From positions 32,001 to 96,000 of the IMG/VR virus record IMGVR_UViG_3300010049_000011: 64,000 nt of DNA. One strand, written 5' to 3'. Both the position numbers and the translations under genes were made by a program. Source of the DNA: a virus. Taxonomy: Duplodnaviria > Caudoviricetes. Shown piece by piece: positions 18,801 to 27,089 of this stretch (positions within the stretch are counted from its first letter, which is position 1; every line of letters starts with the position of its first letter). The notes below the pieces were generated by a model that did no database searches, was not told where the DNA came from, and saw only the letters and a list, made by a program, of their open reading frames with translations.

Positions 18801-19256
18801 ATGGATCGTAAAGAGCTAACCCCCGACGAAATTAAAGCAGCCAAGCTAGCAGACCAGCAGAAGATTATGGCGTCTATGCCTCCGATCGGAGGATTCACGA
18901 CATTTTACTATGCTAAGGAAGCTGGGATGTTTGCAGGCCACAAGATCTGCCCTAAAGGGTTAAGCTTCGTTGGTTTAGAGCCAGAACTTGAGAGACTCGT
19001 TACGCTTGGGTTCCTCACTAAGAAAGTTGCAGGACTGGCTCCTGCGGTAGATAAGGTTGTCAAAGGCCCCGACGTCTACGCAGACCCGACAGAAACGACA
19101 TCTAACGCTATGAAGGGTACTTCGGGAGTGAACTCTTCGAGTCTCTCGAACACTCTCTCCGTTGAGCCAGAACCGGAGATGTCTCCTGAAGAGGCCGCAG
19201 CCGAGGCGGAAGCTGAGAAGAAACTCCAGGAAATGCTGAACGCTCCTAAAGTTTAG
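18801..19256 (+). CDS. Hypothetical protein
   Basis: AGGAG SD; 151 aa with acidic C-terminus. Confidence 0.65.
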   Translation: MDRKELTPDEIKAAKLADQQKIMASMPPIGGFTTFYYAKEAGMFAGHKICPKGLSFVGLEPELERLVTLGFLTKKVAGLAPAVDKVVKGPDVYADPTETTSNAMKGTSGVNSSSLSNTLSVEPEPEMSPEEAAAEAEAEKKLQEMLNAPKV

Positions 19257-19311
19257 CTACACGATTGATTCTCTGTTGATTGGATTATTTCTTTGTTGTT
19301 AAAGTGTAGTT

Positions 19312-19342
19312 AAAAAGACCCCTCTTCGGAGGGGTTTGTTTT
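19312..19342. terminator. Bidirectional terminator between convergent genes
   Basis: AAAAAGACCCCTC-TTCG-GAGGGGTTTGTTTT. Confidence 0.8.
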
Positions 19343-20339
19343 AAGATCTAGGAAGAAACTTTCTTCCGCCCTTACAGCCGTACGTCTTAAATCTGTGATA
19401 CTTGCTAGCTTCACACGCAATGTTCTCAACAACCAAGTAGTTAATCCTCTCATCATCTTGTAAAGGAACCTCTATATCTAAGAGGCGACAGAGTTCGTCC
19501 CAGTTTTTATAGATCGTAATAAGAGTTCCTGACGTCTTCGAAGAGGAATATAGTGCGAGGGTTTCTTTCCCTACGTTACACTTAAATAGATAGTTGCAGA
19601 ATATCCTCGGCCCGATACCTGGAGACATCCAGGAATTTATATCTAGATTAATCCAATCAACGGGTATCATAGTTAAGTGGTAGAGAACCTCCATCGATAT
19701 AAAATCACCAATCCCCCTAAACGAACCCATTAGATGCTTCCGTGCAACGTATAGGTCTCTTTCCCCTAAGATCTTCCATGTAATATCTGGGAGCTTTGGG
19801 ACAAAATCTTGAAACATCCCTCGGACAGTATTGTGAGCCTTCGAGTCAAGTTCTTTGGTACCTGTCTTATAGGACATACATCCATAAGTGTAGTAAGCAG
19901 TCGCGTATACTGGTAATTTCCTCTTCAACCTGTCCGAGATTATACCCAGTATTCTCTCCTTCTCTTTATCGGGGTCGTCTAGGCGTATTACACCTACGGC
20001 TCTAAGGAACTCTTCGTTATTGAAGATCCTAGAGAATGTGGTCGCAAATATCAGTTCTTGCTGGTTAAGTTCTCGGAATGTCCCTGAGTAGTTAGGAACT
20101 ATGTGGTTTAGGTAGTATTCAGTGAGTCTGTCGTACTCTCTAAATATGTTGCAGAACCTCTGCTCTCTTATTATTGGGTTGTCGGTCCATTCTCCCCGAG
20201 GGAGTCCTGCCCGCCGATTCAAGTACGCTTGGTGACGGTCTCTAGCGAACTCGAAGTAGTTGTAGATGACTTGTTCGTTTAGAGATTCTGATTTAAAGAT
20301 CTCCCTCAGTCTTTCTTGGCCTTTTTGAGAGAGGTTCAT
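19341..20339 (-). CDS. aGPT-PPlase / amino-acid:DNA transferase family protein (thymidine hypermodification)
   Basis: F...R...RR.G....WTDNPI....RFCNIFREYDR.T; RIFN; HhH-like GIGDF...E; E...CE..KY. Confidence 0.75.
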   Translation of the reverse strand: MNLSQKGQERLREIFKSESLNEQVIYNYFEFARDRHQAYLNRRAGLPRGEWTDNPIIREQRFCNIFREYDRLTEYYLNHIVPNYSGTFRELNQQELIFATTFSRIFNNEEFLRAVGVIRLDDPDKEKERILGIISDRLKRKLPVYATAYYTYGCMSYKTGTKELDSKAHNTVRGMFQDFVPKLPDITWKILGERDLYVARKHLMGSFRGIGDFISMEVLYHLTMIPVDWINLDINSWMSPGIGPRIFCNYLFKCNVGKETLALYSSSKTSGTLITIYKNWDELCRLLDIEVPLQDDERINYLVVENIACEASKYHRFKTYGCKGGRKFLPRS

Positions 20340-20572
20340 GGAACGAGTTTTTTAAGCTTTTCTGCGAAATCTTGTGGATTCTTACACTTGTCCAAAGCAA
20401 ATAGTAAGAACTTAAGAGTATCCACGTTTGCGTTGAACTTCCCGTCAGAAGGGGTTATGGTTAAGCAACGGAGCTGGTCGTTGAACTCCACCTCGTACTC
20501 TCTATAGTCGTCGTCTCTTAAAGTAAAGGTAGTAGAGTTAGTCTTAGCAAACTTAGCCTTAAGTGCGTCCAT
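20336..20572 (-). CDS. Hypothetical protein
   Basis: Probable ATG at 20572; ATGA overlap with the downstream gene. Confidence 0.55.
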   Translation of the reverse strand: MDALKAKFAKTNSTTFTLRDDDYREYEVEFNDQLRCLTITPSDGKFNANVDTLKFLLFALDKCKNPQDFAEKLKKLVP

Positions 20573-20766
20573 TAATTTCAAGATTTTTATCCTTATATAA
20601 ATGTGGCGAGAGGCGCAATGCTCTAAATCACTTAGGATTCTCAACGACGGACGCCACAGGTTTTAGAAGGAATAAGAAGACTGTTTTAGTAAATTGATGA
20701 GGGTTGATCTCGGTTACGAGACGCTCTGCAATGTAATTACTCTGTAGAGGTTCCTTGAAGAACACG

Positions 20767-20900
20767 CCTCTTCGCTAAACCCGCGAGAGAATAAGGAAAG
20801 GAGAGGGCAGCGACGCAAGAAACAGGAGACTTGCGGGCACCCAAGGAGACGCGGGTTTAGTAAAGAGGATCCGGGAGGACTTTCGAGGGTCCTCCCTTTT
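20767..20900 (+). ncRNA. Candidate structured ncRNA (rod with purine-rich bubble) ending in a terminator
   Basis: GCTAAACCCGCG/CGCGGGTTTAGT and CCTCT/AGAGG outer stems; CGCAAG/CTTGCG inner stem; GGGAGGAC/GTCCTCCC-TTTT; 5' end unknown. Confidence 0.5.
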
Positions 20901-21099
20901 AGGGCCAAGGTCAAACGTACTTGGAATGTCTTACTAAAAGAAGCTCACCCCTTCGGTTTTTACGATTACGCCCTAAATTCTTTTTACACAATCTTCTTAT
21001 TCACGATGTAAAACACGAAACTGTAGAAGTGTGTTGTTTACAACTCTTTCTCGTTTCACTCAAGCTTGGTTTGTTTTAACTCTCCTTGCTTGATAATTT

Positions 21100-21184
21100 C
21101 AACTATAGCTTGCTTCTTTCCAAAAGTCAAGTGAAAAGTTTGGTTGCGGGAGCAGGAACCTAGCAAAGCTAATAAATAAATTTG
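21100..21184 (-). promoter_or_regulatory. Sigma70-type early promoter module, copy 1
   Basis: TTGACT (21130-21125) - 17 nt - TATAGT (21107-21102) with an AT-rich upstream element; inverted copy of 51959-52043. Confidence 0.75.
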
Positions 21185-21365
21185 TTTTCCATGAAGAAGT
21201 GCGTCAGTTTCCTAAAAAGTTAATCGACAACCTATTCTACTTCTCATGTTAATTATAACACCAGACTGTCCTGGTAGTTGTAGCACAAGCTACTCTACTC
21301 TCGGACTTAACGTCAAACCCTCACCCTACATCGTTGGCTGATAACTAATAATTGGAGAACCTTCA

Positions 21366-22064
21366 GTGAAGAAGTACGCTACCTATTTTTTATGCTCTTT
21401 CCTAATTTCTTTAGGATTGTATCTAAAAATCACAGACACCAATCTATCTATAAAATTAATAAACAAACAACAAGACACCATATACGTTGTAAAAGCTCCA
21501 GAACCTCCTAGATTTAACCCTTTCTTCTCTTCTTCTGAAATCTCTTACGAAGAACGTACATGCCTCCTAGACGCAATGCTTGGAGAGCAAGGAGGAGAGA
21601 CAGACTACGAGAAGATAACCTTCCTATTCTTCTTCGATGCTCAATCTAAACGATTTGGCCGAGGATATTGCGAAGAATTCTACGCCATTGAAGGGGGAGG
21701 AGCGAGAAGGTATTCGGCGACATCGAGACACCACCTAAACCGTATAGCTAATAAGAAAAAGAAAGTTGAGTTTATAAAACACAACTTACAAATAATTAAC
21801 GACTTCTTAGACGGTAAACTACTCCCAGACGAAGTACAAACAGCCGTTACTACGACCACTAACTGTCTTCAGACTAGCTTCAGCAAGTCTAACAAAGCAC
21901 CTAGTTGGCATAAAGATTATTTAATAACCCAAATTAGAGTAGGAAACACAATATACTCTAGATACGATTGGTCTCGTAAGAACGGGTTCTGGAGGGAACT
22001 TAGGTATATGGATCTAGACTGGGTCGACGTGGCGTCGTACGGATCTATCCTAAAGAGCTCCTAG
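21366..22064 (+). CDS. Membrane-anchored SleB/Hydrolase_2-like cell wall hydrolase
   Basis: N-terminal TM; ERTCL..AM.GEQGGE; PSW...IRVGN.IY. Confidence 0.6.
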   Translation: MKKYATYFLCSFLISLGLYLKITDTNLSIKLINKQQDTIYVVKAPEPPRFNPFFSSSEISYEERTCLLDAMLGEQGGETDYEKITFLFFFDAQSKRFGRGYCEEFYAIEGGGARRYSATSRHHLNRIANKKKKVEFIKHNLQIINDFLDGKLLPDEVQTAVTTTTNCLQTSFSKSNKAPSWHKDYLITQIRVGNTIYSRYDWSRKNGFWRELRYMDLDWVDVASYGSILKSS

Positions 22065-22106
22065 ACGTTAGCCTTCTAAACGAGGTTAATAGTTGTCGGA
22101 AAATTA

Positions 22107-22631
22107 ATGGTAAATTTTGTAGATCTATCCGGGACAGAGAAGGCAAAGGACGGCCTTCCAACCGACTCTCTAGATCTAGAGACTAAGCAGCTCGCTAAAA
22201 TAGCTCGAGACTTCCAAGCATTGGTAGACTTCGGATCTTCCCTCCAAGAAGGTCAGCTGAAGAAGGCTACAGAGGCTGCCGAAATGTCTGAAGCCGTGCT
22301 AGACACCAAGATCGACCGACTAGCTGACGCGCTCCTGAAAAGGATAGAGAATAACTTAGAGGGAGTCGATCTAGAGACCGCTGGAAAAGTACTAGTAGAC
22401 CTTTACAAAGCACGAAAAGGCACTGGAAAGGGTCCGACAGTGTCTGTTGGGGTAGGTGTCGGGTTAGGAATTTCAGGAGAACCAAAAGCTCTCCACCCGA
22501 CCGCAGACGTGTCTACGTTGAAGGCCGTAGGTAAAATAGCAGAGGCGGTAGACGTCTTTAGAGAAGAGAACCTAAAGGAGAGGAAAGCAATAGACGTTGA
22601 GGTAATCGAGACCTCGTCTAATCCTGTCTAG
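22107..22631 (+). CDS. Putative terminase small subunit
   Basis: Helical 174-aa protein directly upstream of TerL; late-type motif TTCTAAAC at 22074. Confidence 0.45.
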   Translation: MVNFVDLSGTEKAKDGLPTDSLDLETKQLAKIARDFQALVDFGSSLQEGQLKKATEAAEMSEAVLDTKIDRLADALLKRIENNLEGVDLETAGKVLVDLYKARKGTGKGPTVSVGVGVGLGISGEPKALHPTADVSTLKAVGKIAEAVDVFREENLKERKAIDVEVIETSSNPV

Positions 22632-22634
22632 AGA

Positions 22635-24596
22635 TTGCATAAATATCAGATCCCAAAACACGATTTCTCTAACATCCAGTCTTTATTGGAATATTGTTCG
22701 TCGGAAAAATTCCAAGAGATATACGACGACTTAGTACCAGATTTAGATCTCCCTAGATTAAACGAATTACCAGACCTCGAGAAGAAGGTTGCCTTATACT
22801 TTTACCTAACGGATCAACAAGAACCTATAGATAGGATCAAACAGGCCTTATATTGCCGTAAAGTCCCTACTATAGAAGAGTGGTTAACCGACCGCAAGTA
22901 TTTCGGTAAGGAAGCTAAGACCTGGTATCCGTACTGGATCGATATGGTTAAGAGGTTTTTCCAACCCAACTCCCCACTAAATTACTGCATCTATGAAGGC
23001 AGCATTGGTATCGGAAAATCTACGATTGCTAGGGGTTGTTGCTTTTACGCCCTATACAGAGCATTGTGTCTGAGGGACCCCCACGCTGTGTTTAGTCTAA
23101 CTAAAGACACCCCAATATCTATGTTGTTGATTTCACTTTCCTTAACTCAGGTGGACGAGACTCAACTCCAGCCATTTAAAACCATGCTGTCTATGTGCGA
23201 TCAGTTCGTTAAGGTAAAATCTGACGAATTATTATTGATGCCTATTAACCCAGACGACCCCATCCCTTACAAGGAGTCTTCTGAGAACATTAAGTTCCCC
23301 AACAACATATCTATTATTGTGGGTTCGCAGTTTCAACACTCGGTCGGCAGGGCGATTCTTATTTCTCTCTGGGACGAAGCTAACGAGGCTAGTGGGGGTA
23401 AAGCTGAAAAGGCGTTTGGCTTACTAGGGTCGATAAAAGAACGCATAAGAACTAGGTTCGCTGGTTCAAACCTTACGTATATGGCTTTAGTGTCTTCCGC
23501 TAAGGTAAAAGACGCAATAGTATCTCAGCATATTAGCGAGATCCCCCTGGACGATAGAAACACATTAGTGCTGAGACCCAAACAGTGGGAGGTCAGAGGG
23601 TCCTCTTTTTACGTGGACCCACGAACATTCCCTGTATTCGTAGGGAACTCCATAATCCCTCACAAAGTTCTGTCCGAACAAGAGTACGAAGAATATCTAA
23701 TAAAACCCGACACCATGCCTGAACATTGTGAACTGCTCAGGGTCCCTATGCTCTATTTTAACGACTTCAAGGGACGCATAAACGAGGCCATACAGAATAT
23801 CGCAGGTATCGCCACGGACACGTCTAATAAGCCCTTCAACAACTTAAAGACCCTTAAACACTCTAGGTTGTGCCCAGAGCTAACTCTATGGGACGACTAC
23901 AACTCAGACACCCCTCTATTCAATCAGATACCGAAGACGTACTTTAGGGAAACCCCTAAGGGCCTTAGGTTAAAAAGATACCCTGAAGTGAAGAGATACG
24001 GCCATCTTGACCTTGCCGTGGCTAAGGGATCCTACGCGGGACTAGCGATATGTCACAAAGAACTGTACCAGGACCCGGAGACTAAAGCTCGAAAAGTGAT
24101 GTTTGTTTATGACTTCGTTATAGGTATAACCACCAAGAACAGAATACGTATTCAGCACGTAGAGGACCTTATTAGAGACCTAGAGGAGAAAGCTGGGATA
24201 AACCTAGCCAGGATAAGCTGTGACCAGTTTCAAAGCCGTTTCTTGCAAGAGAGATGGGAGAAAATGGGTATTGCGGATTCCGTAGAGTACCAATCAGTGG
24301 TAACTAAAGCGGATGCCTATCTACAAGCAGCCTCTTTCATCTCAGAGGGACTAGTTAAGACAGGAGACTGTCCTATCCTTAGGAAAGAGCTGCTGTCCCT
24401 CTGCATAGAGAATAATAAACCGAGATCTAGGGATAAGACTGACCATTCTGACGCGTTCGTAGGATCTCTAAATCTGGCAGCTACAGACCTCAAGAACCAA
24501 CCTTCGGTACAATATCTACATGACGACATCTCAGAAGACGAGCACTTAGAGTCTGAGAGAGCGAAGATTATGGAAGGTTACGAGGAAGTAAGCTAG
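22635..24596 (+). CDS. terL: Terminase large subunit
   Basis: PTIEEWL.D..YFG; Walker A GSIGIGKS; Walker B LWDEANE; nuclease HLDLA, CDQFQS, D.SDAF. Confidence 0.9.
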   Translation: MHKYQIPKHDFSNIQSLLEYCSSEKFQEIYDDLVPDLDLPRLNELPDLEKKVALYFYLTDQQEPIDRIKQALYCRKVPTIEEWLTDRKYFGKEAKTWYPYWIDMVKRFFQPNSPLNYCIYEGSIGIGKSTIARGCCFYALYRALCLRDPHAVFSLTKDTPISMLLISLSLTQVDETQLQPFKTMLSMCDQFVKVKSDELLLMPINPDDPIPYKESSENIKFPNNISIIVGSQFQHSVGRAILISLWDEANEASGGKAEKAFGLLGSIKERIRTRFAGSNLTYMALVSSAKVKDAIVSQHISEIPLDDRNTLVLRPKQWEVRGSSFYVDPRTFPVFVGNSIIPHKVLSEQEYEEYLIKPDTMPEHCELLRVPMLYFNDFKGRINEAIQNIAGIATDTSNKPFNNLKTLKHSRLCPELTLWDDYNSDTPLFNQIPKTYFRETPKGLRLKRYPEVKRYGHLDLAVAKGSYAGLAICHKELYQDPETKARKVMFVYDFVIGITTKNRIRIQHVEDLIRDLEEKAGINLARISCDQFQSRFLQERWEKMGIADSVEYQSVVTKADAYLQAASFISEGLVKTGDCPILRKELLSLCIENNKPRSRDKTDHSDAFVGSLNLAATDLKNQPSVQYLHDDISEDEHLESERAKIMEGYEEVS

Positions 24597-24654
24597 ATCC
24601 TGTAAGTTCTAATCTTCGCTCTAATTTCACCTAAATTAACTAAGGAATGTAACG

Positions 24655-24810
24655 ATGGTAAAAGCTAAGAAAGATGTAGTTATCGAAACTGCAGAGACGA
24701 TTCTTGAGAAGAAAGAAGCTGATAAGGTATCTAAGAAAGAAGTCAAGAAAGTCGAGAAGAAGGTAGTGGGTACCACAGGTCTCTCGCAGTACGAAGACGG
24801 GGAAGTCTAA
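24655..24810 (+). CDS. Small Lys/Glu-rich protein (51 aa, not in the ORF track)
   Basis: AAGGA SD; MVKAKKDVV...YEDGEV. Confidence 0.55.
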   Translation: MVKAKKDVVIETAETILEKKEADKVSKKEVKKVEKKVVGTTGLSQYEDGEV

Positions 24811-24859
24811 ACTCAACCATTCTACGCCTCCGGTTAACCAAACTGAAAGAGGTGCTGTA

Positions 24860-25096
24860 ATGGCTAAGAAACCAAAAAAGAAAGTAGTTAAAAAGACTGC
24901 TAAGAAGGTCGGTGTGATTAAGAATCCTACATTCGAAGATTACGCCAAAGAACTCCGTGTCGTATCTAAGGAGATTGCTCTCCTGGAGGACAAACTCCGT
25001 ACTTATCTCTCGCATAAAAAGGAAGTGACTATAGAATTCTATAAGTATCTTTATCCATTCACGGACATCTTCCCTGGCGTCGAAGAGATCGTCTAG
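24860..25096 (+). CDS. Hypothetical basic coiled-coil protein
   Basis: GAGG SD; 78 aa. Confidence 0.6.
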   Translation: MAKKPKKKVVKKTAKKVGVIKNPTFEDYAKELRVVSKEIALLEDKLRTYLSHKKEVTIEFYKYLYPFTDIFPGVEEIV

Positions 25097-25606
25097 ATGA
25101 ACCTCGGGGAAGCATTCGAGCTGTCTCGTAAATCGTTCCCAGAGTATATCGAGGGTCAGTATTTATTGCTGGCCCTTGCGTATTTGAGTAATAAAAATTA
25201 CTACATATTCGTCCTAAACAGTAAATCTGAGAATGTTGACGTTCTTAGACCTGAAGGAGACTGCCTTCTTAGAGCGCAAGGGTATGGAAAGCTCGATGTT
25301 TACGAATATTTAAACGACCTAAAGATGACCGACGGTTACGAAGTAACGACAGACTCTTCGATCCAGTCTAGGATGGTTAAAGCACCACGTGGGGTTAATC
25401 TACGTAAAGGCTGTTTAAGACTCCTAACTGAACTTATTGAAAATAAGGATAGAGACTCTCTAAAAGTAGTTCTGACAGAATCTAACAACGCAGCCTACGA
25501 ACTCCCTACGATTAGAGGAGTTTTGAGCAAAGAATTCTCTAACCTGAACCCTCCAGATAAGTACGCGAGGAACGAAGTCTTTCTCAGTTGGGTAAACAAC
25601 TTATAA
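25097..25606 (+). CDS. Hypothetical protein
   Basis: Abuts the upstream stop; 169 aa. Confidence 0.6.
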   Translation: MNLGEAFELSRKSFPEYIEGQYLLLALAYLSNKNYYIFVLNSKSENVDVLRPEGDCLLRAQGYGKLDVYEYLNDLKMTDGYEVTTDSSIQSRMVKAPRGVNLRKGCLRLLTELIENKDRDSLKVVLTESNNAAYELPTIRGVLSKEFSNLNPPDKYARNEVFLSWVNNL

Positions 25607-25622
25607 CAAAAGGAAAACGACG

Positions 25623-25769
25623 ATGAAGAAGCTAAAAGAGATTTGGGTTAAATTTTATGACGAACACTATATCGATATAGAGAATATAGTAATAACTTTC
25701 TTTTCGTGGATTGTTCGAGGAGCAGGGGCGGCTATCGGAGCAGGCCTGATAATCAAGGTTATGTTTTAG
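25623..25769 (+). CDS. Small membrane protein (48 aa, not in the ORF track)
   Basis: AAGGA SD; hydrophobic C-half. Confidence 0.5.
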   Translation: MKKLKEIWVKFYDEHYIDIENIVITFFSWIVRGAGAAIGAGLIIKVMF

Positions 25770-25783
25770 AGGAGAATTAAAAG

Positions 25784-26245
25784 ATGGAAAGACCTACGAT
25801 TGAAATCTATAAGAGCAGACCTAACAAGACTTCTGGTTCGGCCCACTTCGATGATGCAGGTATAGACATATACACTCCAGACGACTACGAACAAAAAATA
25901 ATTAATCCCGGAGAAACCTTCACAATAGAGACGGGGCTGCATTTTAATGTTCCCCAACACCACATGCTTAAAATCTGTAATAAGACAGGAACAGCTAAAA
26001 GAGGTATACAATTCGCTGCCGAAGTCGTTGATGCAGGATTCACTGGAGAACTCACTCTCTGTCTGAGGAATCTCGGAAAGGACCCCTACGTTATTAATCC
26101 CGGAGAGAAGATAGTCCAAGGAGTCTTACTACCAATCATACAAGGCCCTGTGTGCCGGGAAGTATCCTCAGTCGAAGAATTTACTGACCTCGATAAGAAG
26201 TCCTCAAGAGGAGCTGGTAAGTTCGGAAGTACAGGTCTCTCATAA
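25784..26245 (+). CDS. dut: Trimeric dUTPase
   Basis: DAGIDI; VVDAGFTGE; GEKIVQ; RGAGKFGSTG. Confidence 0.92.
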   Translation: MERPTIEIYKSRPNKTSGSAHFDDAGIDIYTPDDYEQKIINPGETFTIETGLHFNVPQHHMLKICNKTGTAKRGIQFAAEVVDAGFTGELTLCLRNLGKDPYVINPGEKIVQGVLLPIIQGPVCREVSSVEEFTDLDKKSSRGAGKFGSTGLS

Positions 26246-26475
26246 TGGATCCAGAAGAACTACAGTCAATACGAGAGACTCTTCAAGAATATGAGGAGTC
26301 TTTTGAGTCTCTAACTAAATCTCTCCTTGAAGATTTAGGTAATATATGTAGAGCTTCTGGTCTCTCCGAAACACGTATCGAAGGAGTTTCTAAGCAGGTG
26401 CGTAAAGCCATTAATCTAGGCGTACATATCCAACTTCTCCGTCAGTCTATAAAAGTCTCTCAATCCCAAGATTGA
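26245..26475 (+). CDS. Hypothetical protein
   Basis: TAATG coupling to dut. Confidence 0.55.
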   Translation: MDPEELQSIRETLQEYEESFESLTKSLLEDLGNICRASGLSETRIEGVSKQVRKAINLGVHIQLLRQSIKVSQSQD

Positions 26476-26571
26476 CTGCTTTCTAACTTCCCGTCCCTAA
26501 TACAATTAGGCACTGCAATAAACTTGGTTAGACGTTTCTAACCTACTATTAATCTTCAGAAAGTAGTAATA

Positions 26572-27057
26572 GTGGCCTTAAAGTTTCTTAATTACGGTGT
26601 TTGTTTTCAAGAAATTCCTGGAGAGGTTTCCTTGTTCTTTAACGTAACCGGATGTCCCCGAAAATGTCCTGGGTGTCACACCCCCGAGCTTCAAACAGAG
26701 GCAGGAGAAACCTTAGATTCTGATACTGTTAAATCGATAGTACGCTACCACGCGATAACCGAGAAAGAACCCATAACTACAATACTGTTCTTCGGAGGGG
26801 ACCACGACCCTGAATTTATAAGCTTGTTAGAGGAGGTCTGGGAAGAATACTACATGCAGTTCTCTCTAGCTCTATACACGGGGGTGGAGACCAAGGAGGA
26901 AGTTTCTCCTTACTTACGTAGATACCTTAGGTATCTGAAGGTAGGTTCTTATAAAGAGAGCTTGGGACCTATTACCTCCAACACTACGAATCAGAGACTG
27001 TGGGACTTGTCTAAAAACCTAGATATAACTCACAAATTCTGGAAAACCAACATCTAA
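26572..27057 (+). CDS. nrdG: Anaerobic ribonucleotide reductase activase (radical SAM)
   Basis: FQEIPGEVSL; CPRKCPGCH; GGD; YTG; KVGSY; TTNQR. Confidence 0.93.
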   Translation: MALKFLNYGVCFQEIPGEVSLFFNVTGCPRKCPGCHTPELQTEAGETLDSDTVKSIVRYHAITEKEPITTILFFGGDHDPEFISLLEEVWEEYYMQFSLALYTGVETKEEVSPYLRRYLRYLKVGSYKESLGPITSNTTNQRLWDLSKNLDITHKFWKTNI

Positions 27058-27089
27058 TTTAAAACCAACTTGATCGGAGAAAATCTGCT

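Noticed and set aside
20714-20914. 66-aa minus-strand ORF
   Set aside because: Coincides with the structured element; TTG start and no protein-like features
20645-21365. tRNA or tmRNA in the intergenic gap
   Set aside because: No cloverleaf, T-loop GTTCRA with a matching acceptor stem, or CCA end found
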